IMG/VR virus record: IMGVR_UViG_3300031834_000003
Length of the DNA stretch: 21,847 nucleotides
Reading direction: 5' to 3' (one strand)
Source of the DNA: an uncultured virus (IMG/VR IMGVR_UViG_3300031834_000003)
Lineage: Duplodnaviria; Heunggongvirae; Uroviricota; Caudoviricetes
Shown: in pieces, positions 1-6,466 of the stretch
Position numbering within the stretch: the first letter of the stretch is position 1
Layout: every line of letters starts with the position of its first letter
Position numbers and translations under genes: made by a program
Notes under the pieces: generated by a model
What the model saw: the letters and a program-made list of their open reading frames with translations, nothing else
What the model was told of the DNA's origin: nothing
Databases searched by the model: none

Positions 1-54
1 GTCCTTGATAATGTCAAACAGAGGCCAGCGCCTCTTGAGGTCATCGATATTCAT
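1..54 (-). CDS. Start of a gene running off the window (MNIDDLKRRWPLFDIIKD), possibly a primase/CHC2 Zn-finger protein
   Basis: ATG at 54 with AAGGAG RBS upstream, directly after SSB. The product guess rests on 18 aa only. Confidence 0.4.
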   Translation of the reverse strand, partial: MNIDDLKRRWPLFDIIKD

Positions 55-78
55 GATTCTCCTTTGTTTTTGGGGAGT

Positions 79-104
79 GCCAGGTGGCTTTTACACCACC
101 TGGC
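79..104. terminator. Stem-loop downstream of ssb
   Basis: GCCAGGTGG-N8-CCACCTGGC inverted repeat, with no U-tract on the minus strand. Confidence 0.4.
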
Positions 105-111
105 TATGATA

Positions 112-528
112 CTAGAACGGTGGCGGTGCACCCTGCTCGAGTGCATCAGTCACTTCTTCGTGACCATTGCTTTCGGTCTCACCACGGCTGGAAAGGAACT
201 TAACAGTTGCGGCATTCACTTCAAATGATGCGCCAGCAGTGCCATCTTGCTTGGTCCAGATAGCAGGTCCACCAGTGACCTTATCGGGAGTTAGCCGACC
301 TTCGACCAGAACCTTGCTACCTCTCTTGAGGTATTGATTGCAAGCCTCTCCTTGCTTACCCCAAGCTGAGACACGGAACCAAATGGTTTCCTCAACTTGT
401 TGTCCATCCGACCCAGTGTATTTGCGATTGGTTGCAACGTTGAAATTCGTTACAGCCTGTCCACTGGGTAGATAGCGCATCTCGGGGTCTTTTCCGAGAT
501 TTCCTACAATGATAATGGTATGGTACAT
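112..528 (-). CDS. ssb: Single-stranded DNA-binding protein (138 aa; true start MYHTIIIVGNLG)
   Basis: OB-fold SSB motifs IVGNLGKDPEMRY, WFRVSAWGKQ and GSKVLVEGRL, an acidic tail ending PPPF, and an AAGGAG RBS at 538-543. The ORF-track extension to 678 overlaps a tRNA. Confidence 0.95.
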   Translation of the reverse strand: MYHTIIIVGNLGKDPEMRYLPSGQAVTNFNVATNRKYTGSDGQQVEETIWFRVSAWGKQGEACNQYLKRGSKVLVEGRLTPDKVTGGPAIWTKQDGTAGASFEVNAATVKFLSSRGETESNGHEEVTDALEQGAPPPF

Positions 529-620
529 TTTATTACTCTCCTTTACTAAGATATGTTTTAACTGGTGTAAATCACCAGCACAAACCAACCAAAAGAAACA
601 TCCCCCATTGTTATTTCTTG

Positions 621-693
621 GACAAGTGAAGAGATTTGAACTCTCATTATCTTGATTCACAGTCAAGCTCTCTGCCATTGAGATACACTTGTC
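621..693 (-). tRNA. tRNA-His(GUG)
   Basis: Minus strand folds as G-ACAAGTG TA TCTC AATGGCA GAGA G CTTGA CTGTGAA TCAAG ATAAT GAGAG TTCAAAT CTCTT CACTTGT-C. Full cloverleaf with GTG anticodon and the G-1:C73 His identity pair; CCA is not fully encoded. Confidence 0.92.
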
Positions 694-791
694 TACGTAC
701 TAGACCACAAATTCACACCCATTCTCCGGTTCTATGCTTGGACACTCTCAAATAGAGGTTCTATGAAATCCCGGAAACGGTCTACTCATTA

Positions 792-1019
792 TTAGAGTGG
801 AAATGGTACATCACTTGCCCACGCTATGAACGTGAGCAGAAGAACAAAGCCTGCTGTTGCCAGTAGGAACAGGAAGACTGTTCCTGCTAACATTTCTGAC
901 TTAATTGTCTTTTCGTAATCGATGAGCAGTTTGTTATTCACGTTACGTTCAATCATGAGACGTTTCTTTCCCAGTTCGTCTAAGCTTTTATAAAGCTCAT
1001 CACCCACATCAATGTTCAT
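792..1019 (-). CDS. Hypothetical protein with C-terminal transmembrane helix
   Basis: 75-aa ORF, AAGGAG RBS, hydrophobic C-terminal segment. Confidence 0.75.
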   Translation of the reverse strand: MNIDVGDELYKSLDELGKKRLMIERNVNNKLLIDYEKTIKSEMLAGTVFLFLLATAGFVLLLTFIAWASDVPFPL

Positions 1020-1038
1020 GTTTTCTCCTTAGTACTTA

Positions 1039-1515
1039 TTATTCGCTTGGGCATATTGGGTTACTTTCTCTCTATGGCTCGCTCTCTGTCATTGGTTTAC
1101 TTCAACGATTTGGCTCGCTCTTTCCATTTGGGTTACTCTCGACTTATGGCTCGCTTTTGATATTTGGGTTACTTCTTTGACATGGCTCGCTTTTCTGCAT
1201 TGTGTTACTTATGTATAGTGGCTCGCTTGAATAGACTGGGTTATTTCTTTCTCTTGGCTCGCTTTCCTTTTATGGTTTACTTGAATATATAGGCTCGCTT
1301 GCTTTCCCTGGTTTGCTTGAGGCGTGTGGCTCGCTTTCCTTTCGTGGGTTACTCAACCAAAATGGCTCGCTTATCAGTGATGGTTTACTTTCCTCATTTG
1401 GCTCGCTCATCTATCTTGGTTTACTTGCATAATTTGGCTCGCTACCCTTTTTTGGATTTCTCAATACTTGTGGCTCGCTCTCGTAAACTGGTTTTCTTCT
1501 ATTCGATGGCTGACC
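1039..1515 (-). ncRNA. TIGR-type array: 13 units of 36 nt (9-nt edge repeat, 9-nt spacer, 9-nt loop repeat, 9-nt spacer)
   Basis: Plus-strand TGGCTCGCT recurs every 36 nt from 1075 to 1471 (AGGCTCGCT at 1291; degenerate copies at 1039 and 1507). A second repeat, TGGKTTACT, sits exactly 18 nt out of phase. The intervening 9-mers are all different. Confidence 0.93.
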
Positions 1516-2188
1516 AGCCAAAATCTTCTGGTAGATATATATGCGTATGCCCTAAATGCTCATGAACATAAGGTGCACGAATTGGTAATCCTTCAATCTG
1601 GCGCCACACTAACCAAAGATGTGATAACCACATTTTTACCATTCGACCTGTAGCCGCACGATGTATATGCAATGGAGTCCAATCACGACCCTCGGTATAA
1701 TACTCTCGACTAGAGTCGTAAATAGCACGATATGGACTGTTGCATTTTAGGAAACTTCCTGCTATTAGAAAGCAGGTTGAGTGAAGGCGGGCATTATAAG
1801 GTAAAGGAACTCCTGAGGTTGGTTTATCTCGCTTACCATTTGCATCCATGCCATAGCCTGCATACTTCCATAGAGCGCTGATAGTATTTGCTCTGTGAAT
1901 ATCAACCACACAAACTACCTTAGCAGCCAGAATTCGTCCAATTCCTTTGACTTCAATCATGCGCTCAATTATTTCAATCCCCTTAGTTGCATTTGCAATG
2001 TCCACATCCAATTCGCTTTCTAACTCATCGAAACGAGCTAACCAGCGGTTCAGTATTTCTACTGTACCATTGGAAGGGACATCAACTCCTCGTGAGATTG
2101 CATCGAGGCGATTAGAAAATCCAATTCTGTTTTTCTGTATTGCTCTATCGCGTAGGTCCACTAGTGCTCTTAGAATGTTTTCGTCCAT
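1499..2188 (-). CDS. tasA: TIGR-associated Nop-domain protein without nuclease domain (TasA-like; IS110/IS116-type RNA-binding domain)
   Basis: N-terminal coiled coil (IQKNRIGFSNRL), then VKGIGRILAAKVV, ISALWKYAGYG, PYNARL, SPYRAIYD and HIHRAA..RMVKMWLSHLW. Only 229 aa, no RuvC/DEDD or HNH domain visible, and it abuts the 36-nt array. Confidence 0.88.
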   Translation of the reverse strand: MDENILRALVDLRDRAIQKNRIGFSNRLDAISRGVDVPSNGTVEILNRWLARFDELESELDVDIANATKGIEIIERMIEVKGIGRILAAKVVCVVDIHRANTISALWKYAGYGMDANGKRDKPTSGVPLPYNARLHSTCFLIAGSFLKCNSPYRAIYDSSREYYTEGRDWTPLHIHRAATGRMVKMWLSHLWLVWRQIEGLPIRAPYVHEHLGHTHIYLPEDFGWSAIE

Positions 2189-2208
2189 GTTTTCTCCTTA
2201 ATACTATT

Positions 2209-2421
2209 TTATACCTGTTTTTCCATATTCTCATCATCTTCCCCTAGGAAAAACTTAGTAAATTCTGAGCGCTGAGCTTTCATAATTACCCCATTGCCAT
2301 TACAAACATTACAGCCACCAGTGCCAGGATATTTAGGACCGGTGGCTGTACCTTTACATGCTGGGCAAATTACTTCAATGCTTCGAGGATTGCTAGAAGT
2401 ATCCATAGAGGTACTACGCAA
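2209..2421 (-). CDS. Small DnaJ-type Cys-rich Zn-finger protein (start uncertain)
   Basis: CPACKGT and CNVCNGNG (CxxCxGxG-like) motifs. Confidence 0.65.
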   Translation of the reverse strand: MRSTSMDTSSNPRSIEVICPACKGTATGPKYPGTGGCNVCNGNGVIMKAQRSEFTKFFLGEDDENMEKQV

Positions 2422-2492
2422 ATTCCAACGAAGACAAGTACGCCTAATAGCATCTCCCCTACTTTAGGGGTATCTTGAGGTTGTGGTCTCAT
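2370..2492 (-). CDS. 40-aa membrane peptide (not in ORF track)
   Basis: MRPQPQDTPKVGEMLLGVLVFVGICVVPLWILLAILEALK, with ATGA overlap with the upstream ORF. Confidence 0.6.
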   Translation of the reverse strand: MRPQPQDTPKVGEMLLGVLVFVGICVVPLWILLAILEALK

Positions 2493-2614
2493 TTCTTCTT
2501 CTCAATGAAACCAATCCCTGGAATTTCAACTCCATGTGGAGCTTTTGCCATTGCTATTGCAATCACTATAATGGATATTATTTCTATTCCAATACAGATA
2601 TAGCAAATAGTCAT
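2489..2614 (-). CDS. 41-aa membrane peptide (not in ORF track)
   Basis: MTICYICIGIEIISIIVIAIAMAKAPHGVEIPGIGFIEKKK, with ATGA overlaps at both ends. Confidence 0.65.
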   Translation of the reverse strand: MTICYICIGIEIISIIVIAIAMAKAPHGVEIPGIGFIEKKK

Positions 2615-3138
2615 TTCTTCTTCTCCATCCTCTTTTCATAGCCGGTGAGTTGGTGATAGTAACCAGCCTGTTCTCGATTCTTGTCTGACCCTGATTTCAA
2701 ATACTCGAGAGTGTTGGTTATCATCCATGCTACTGAGGCGGCAAAGCCCCAGTTGATGATGGTGTGACCGTAGTTTGGAAACAATGCTACTGTTAGTAAT
2801 AGAACTTCAGCTGCCCAGGCGCCTGTGCAAACAGGACATGATACTAATTCGCATACTGCCCCATAAATTCCTAGATTGCATTTTGCAGCTGTATAGTTTC
2901 CATAACCATTCTCGTGTTCTTTCTCGACTGTGAACCCTGTTCGAAATGGTTCACCAACCTTTAGAAAAGTAATACTGCAACCAATAAGACTGGCTGCAAA
3001 TGCTACCTTCATCAGGTCAAATTCAGTCAGAGTGTTGGGATATAACGAGGTAATGTAAACGAGAGTGAATAGAATAACTGGTGCTGCCAACAATCCTACA
3101 TATAGTCCCAACCTATTATCTTTCATAAAGAGCTTCAC
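2611..3138 (-). CDS. DUF1360-like membrane protein
   Basis: Multiple TM segments and a CELVSCPVCTGAW motif resembling the (G)ELLxCPxCxxxW signature. Confidence 0.65.
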   Translation of the reverse strand: MKLFMKDNRLGLYVGLLAAPVILFTLVYITSLYPNTLTEFDLMKVAFAASLIGCSITFLKVGEPFRTGFTVEKEHENGYGNYTAAKCNLGIYGAVCELVSCPVCTGAWAAEVLLLTVALFPNYGHTIINWGFAASVAWMITNTLEYLKSGSDKNREQAGYYHQLTGYEKRMEKKK

Positions 3139-3168
3139 TTTCTTGCCTCACTTTCCATTATATCAATT

Positions 3169-3190
3169 TAGGGGAGGTTTCCCTCCCCTA
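3169..3190 (-). terminator. GNRA-capped hairpin (terminator or processing site)
   Basis: TAGGGGAGG-GAAA-CCTCCCCTA on the minus strand just after the stop at 3195, with a weak U-tract. Confidence 0.55.
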
Positions 3191-3194
3191 TTTA

Positions 3195-3377
3195 TTAGAG
3201 GCTTACGAGATAGTTGTACCAGAATGCCAGCATAATCAGGTCAATTCCTACCCACATAATAATTACCAATATAGCTCGTAGTCTGTTATGTTTTGAGCAG
3301 GGTCTCAGCCATTCATTAGCGATTAGTGCACCTGAGAAAATAAGCCATATCAATGCACCTTTCTCAAAAGGTGTCAT
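3195..3377 (-). CDS. Small two-TM membrane protein
   Basis: 60 aa, two hydrophobic helices, ATGA-coupled to the upstream gene. Confidence 0.7.
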   Translation of the reverse strand: MTPFEKGALIWLIFSGALIANEWLRPCSKHNRLRAILVIIMWVGIDLIMLAFWYNYLVSL

Positions 3378-3604
3378 TTCGGTGCCCAGAAGACATTCTT
3401 CCAGTACTTGTGGACCTGGATGAGCGGATTGGGAACAGCCGTGAAGACTTCTTTCTCGGTTTTGAAGTCCTTGGATTTTGCAATCCAGACCCCATTGACT
3501 TCACGAACCAACTCAGCCCGAATGCCATTTCTACTGGCATTTCCAATTACGATTGTGTCTCCCACCTCAGGGATGGGAGCCTTGCTCGACTTGATGTATT
3601 TCAT
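3374..3604 (-). CDS. Hypothetical protein
   Basis: 76 aa, AGGAG RBS. Confidence 0.75.
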   Translation of the reverse strand: MKYIKSSKAPIPEVGDTIVIGNASRNGIRAELVREVNGVWIAKSKDFKTEKEVFTAVPNPLIQVHKYWKNVFWAPK

Positions 3605-3674
3605 GATAATCTCCTATTGAATGTGTGGCTACTTTCTAGTGCAAGAAATACTAAAAAGTAGCCACGGGAATAAT

Positions 3675-4007
3675 TTAGCTGCGCACTGCTTCGTAAATGC
3701 CGCGTGCAGCAACTTTATGCCAACAGATGTTGGCGGAAACGCCAGTAGGCGTAGTGCAATGTGGGCAATCACAAGATGTGTGCCCATTGACCTGCAACGT
3801 ATAGAAATGTGTTGGGTCCTCATGACTAGGAACCCGAAAGAACTCCAATGATTTGGAATCCATCTCAATTTCCGGCAAGTGCTGGATTGCTTTCTTCACT
3901 TGCTCTTGAGAAATCAGCGTATTTACATGCGGATTCTTTGCCAGAATTGCAATAGCAATGATTGATTTCATCACCATTGCTTTATTCAACTTTCGATACT
4001 GAGCCAT
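3675..4007 (-). CDS. SWIM zinc-finger protein
   Basis: CDCPH...CWHKVAA (CxC-Xn-CxH) and GGAGG RBS. Confidence 0.85.
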   Translation of the reverse strand: MAQYRKLNKAMVMKSIIAIAILAKNPHVNTLISQEQVKKAIQHLPEIEMDSKSLEFFRVPSHEDPTHFYTLQVNGHTSCDCPHCTTPTGVSANICWHKVAARGIYEAVRS

Positions 4008-4175
4008 TTAGCCTCCTTTCATATTAGTTTCAATTGTGCCTGCTAATAGCTTGATAGCACATTTAACTAGTGCTTGAGTGAATTCCAAAGGTGTAACTTC
4101 TGGTCTTCTCTCTTTGACATCGTTGTATAGATGAATAACATCACTAGCCAACGATTCTGATAAATCTCTATCCAT
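4008..4175 (-). CDS. 55-aa hypothetical protein (not in ORF track)
   Basis: MDRDLSESLASDVIHLYNDVKERRPEVTPLEF...; its stop abuts the next ATG (TAAATG). Confidence 0.65.
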   Translation of the reverse strand: MDRDLSESLASDVIHLYNDVKERRPEVTPLEFTQALVKCAIKLLAGTIETNMKGG

Positions 4176-4489
4176 TTTGTTTTCCCTTTCTTGAATAATA
4201 GCAAACTCATCCTGTCAGTCGCAATGACTCCGGCAATTCAGCCTACAGCTGGATGAGTTGAGATGATGTTTTATCTGGATGATTGCTCATAGAAACTCCG
4301 TAGATACTCCATAGTATCTTCGTAGTATCTTCGTAGTTATTTCAGAGTGCCTGAGTGAGTGGCATGTCCCCGAATCGGTAACCAGCCGAATGTGCCTCTC
4401 ACTCGCGTAGCTAAATAAAAATACTGGAATAACACCGTCGAGATTCTCAAAGGCTCGATATTTATCCTGCACATGTTATTCCAGTAAAA

Positions 4490-4595
4490 TGGGTGGATGG
4501 GATTTGAACCCATCTTGATGAGTGTTCCACGGCATACTCGTGTGAGATATGCACATGTTAGTTCATCTCTCTGGTGTAGCTATCACTACCACCCA
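4490..4595 (-). ncRNA. tRNA-like element (perfect acceptor stem and T-arm, aberrant middle)
   Basis: TGGGTGG/CCACCCA 7-bp stem and ATGGG-TTCAAAT-CCCAT T-arm; 106 nt with no canonical 7-nt anticodon loop. Confidence 0.7.
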
Positions 4596-4628
4596 ATACA
4601 AAACCAAACCAAAAGAAACACCCCCCAA

Positions 4629-4922
4629 TTATAGTTCGTTGCCCCATTCTTCTTTTACATCTCTCAAGTCTAACCATGCTTGAGTAACTTTCTCTTCCTT
4701 GACTTTTCTTTCTTCTTCAGGCAATAACCGTTTATCAAATTCAGGGCGGTTATCTACAATTTCCGGGAAATCAGGATGCACGATGTATTGTGCATGAGAT
4801 GGGCTGCATCTGATATGTCTTGGATAGTTCAGAGCAAATGTTGGGCAGTCCATCGCAATTGCTACGAGGATTGTTGCATCCTCGTTATGAGCTACTGGCT
4901 TACCACATTTATCGCAATTCAT
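4629..4922 (-). CDS. Hypothetical phage protein (Cys/His-containing)
   Basis: 97 aa, N-terminal CDKC and RHIRC motif. Confidence 0.75.
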   Translation of the reverse strand: MNCDKCGKPVAHNEDATILVAIAMDCPTFALNYPRHIRCSPSHAQYIVHPDFPEIVDNRPEFDKRLLPEEERKVKEEKVTQAWLDLRDVKEEWGNEL

Positions 4923-5004
4923 TTCTCATCTCACTTTTCTTGTGCAAGAAATATCGGTAGCAGGTAGTTTGAAAAGTACCTGTAGGTAACTACCTGCTAC
5001 CTGA

Positions 5005-5214
5005 TTAGTTTCGAGAACCTGATGCGGATACAATTGCCGCACCGTTATGTTTGAGAAAGTAGATTCTATCCAGCAACTGCTTTTTGAGCGTTGCTACTTC
5101 TTCTTTGAGTGCGGGAACAAGGGTATCATGTGCACTCTCTTCAGCTTGAGCATAACCATAAGCTGATGCTTTTGTTATTAGTGCATCTATCAATCTTTCA
5201 GCTTCGTCGTCCAT
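5005..5214 (-). CDS. Hypothetical protein
   Basis: 69 aa, GGAGG RBS. Confidence 0.75.
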   Translation of the reverse strand: MDDEAERLIDALITKASAYGYAQAEESAHDTLVPALKEEVATLKKQLLDRIYFLKHNGAAIVSASGSRN

Positions 5215-5227
5215 AATAACCTCCTGA

Positions 5228-5497
5228 TTAATATGGCAAATCTAAGGCAACTGCTAAAGCTGCCTTATCTAAGCCGAGCTCATTCATTGCTTCGAGATAT
5301 TCAGTGCGTGATAACTGCTTGGTTAATCCAATCATGCCATAGTAGATACCTACCTCGCAGTCTGGCTCTACATCGCAAAAGTATGCATAGCAAGGACGGT
5401 CATAGCCATGAGCAACAGTTACTCCACTTACAGGCATTGGAATGCCGAAGACTTTCACTGCCGCTTGTGCATCAACAAGACTGTAATAACGTGACAC
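5228..5497 (-). CDS. Hypothetical protein
   Basis: 89 aa, GTG start, AAGGAG RBS. Confidence 0.7.
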   Translation of the reverse strand: MSRYYSLVDAQAAVKVFGIPMPVSGVTVAHGYDRPCYAYFCDVEPDCEVGIYYGMIGLTKQLSRTEYLEAMNELGLDKAALAVALDLPY

Positions 5498-5521
5498 ATT
5501 GCTCCTTTTCTAGTGCTAGAA

Positions 5522-5896
5522 TTAATAGATTACTTTGGCTTTACGCATTGCATAGCCTCGCTGTACATAGTTCGTGTATAGCCTGAACCATGCCCATTGC
5601 AATCTAGCAAATGGGGTTATGCGATGCATATGATACATGTGCTTATGCTGCTTAGCTCTTGCCTTATTGATGCCTGATGTATAGAGTACTGTACCCTCAG
5701 GCATACCCCTTCTGACTAGCTCATCCTCTATAGCCATGTGCCTATATACATCATGCATTGATACACAATGCTCGAGTACATAGGCATAGCTACGCCATAA
5801 GCTAATCAACTCATGTACATCCATGATTAGCAAATCGCTGTTATCCATTAGCTTCTCTGCTATCATAGATAAGAGTAGGTGCTGTGCTAGATACAC
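5522..5896 (-). CDS. Hypothetical protein (true start probably internal, near 5848)
   Basis: ORF in the operon orientation; the annotated N-terminus overlaps the upstream gene. Confidence 0.55.
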   Translation of the reverse strand: MYLAQHLLLSMIAEKLMDNSDLLIMDVHELISLWRSYAYVLEHCVSMHDVYRHMAIEDELVRRGMPEGTVLYTSGINKARAKQHKHMYHMHRITPFARLQWAWFRLYTNYVQRGYAMRKAKVIY

Positions 5897-6032
5897 ATAC
5901 AGCTATAGTACCCTCATTAGTGTACTTACTACGTGCTTGAGCAAGTACTATAGCATCATTCATGTTGAATGCTCGTACTATCTGTATATCAAATTCACGT
6001 ACAACAACAAACCATAACTGTTTCATCATCAT
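5841..6032 (-). CDS. Small hypothetical protein, paralog of 6041-6259
   Basis: Aligns along its length with the neighbouring ORF. Confidence 0.75.
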   Translation of the reverse strand: MMMKQLWFVVVREFDIQIVRAFNMNDAIVLAQARSKYTNEGTIAVCVSSTAPTLIYDSREANG

Positions 6033-6040
6033 CCTCGCTG

Positions 6041-6259
6041 TTAGTCACAGCTATCTCTATTCCATATCAATTGAGGCGCTGTATCACATGCATATACTAG
6101 CTTAGTCTCACCATCATACTGACTATGAGCATCAGCTAGTATCTTAGCATCATCTACATTCGCTGCCTGCACTATGTGCACATCATGTTCCCGTATAACA
6201 ATGTAATATGTCATATCCTTACCATCCTCGCTGTCAATCATTACTAGATATACACCCAT
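6041..6259 (-). CDS. Small hypothetical protein, paralog of 5841-6032 (probable start MTYYIV at 6214)
   Basis: Shared VxRExDxxIVxAxNxxDAxxLAxAxSxY...TAPxLI pattern. Confidence 0.75.
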   Translation of the reverse strand: MGVYLVMIDSEDGKDMTYYIVIREHDVHIVQAANVDDAKILADAHSQYDGETKLVYACDTAPQLIWNRDSCD

Positions 6260-6466
6260 ATACGTACTCTACATCTGTACCACTTACTCTAGTATAACTA
6301 TACACTTATCATTCATTTCATTCATGTATAGCATATCAGCATAGTACAGACTGTATACAGTACCCTATGTAGTTAGTGTCACATATAGCTAAATATGCCT
6401 ATAAATGCTGATTTAGGGCACATATAGGCACATTTAGGGCTATATTTAGAGCTATTGAGGTGATTA

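Noticed and set aside
615..628. Seventh operator copy TTCTTGGACAAGTG
   Set aside because: The right arm is mismatched and constrained by the tRNA acceptor stem.
529..678. N-terminal 50-aa extension of SSB in the ORF track
   Set aside because: It overlaps tRNA-His, and the RBS and SSB homology begin at 528.
1039..1515. Array as a CRISPR array or simple VNTR
   Set aside because: There are two alternating 9-nt repeats with 9-nt unique inserts, no 23-47-nt repeat and no cas genes. The variable halves rule out a plain tandem repeat.
1299..1653. Plus-strand ORFs 1299-1565 and 1468-1653
   Set aside because: They are antisense by-products of the 36-nt array and tasA. The periodic LAR motif mirrors the repeat.
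1499..2188. IS110/IS116 transposase (insertion sequence)
   Set aside because: It lacks the N-terminal DEDD RuvC-like domain and is too short. The adjacent dual-spacer array fits a Tas protein better.
4201..4260. c-di-GMP-I riboswitch resemblance (GCAAAC...GTCGCAATGACTCCGG)
   Set aside because: The required GNRA hairpin is absent and the element is antisense to the surrounding genes.
4287..4472. 61-aa ORF
   Set aside because: It has a GTG start with no clear RBS and lies across strong RNA stems, so it is more likely non-coding.
4490..4595. tmRNA or Y RNA
   Set aside because: There is no G3:U70 pair or tag ORF, and the arm order is not permuted as in YrlA-type RNAs.
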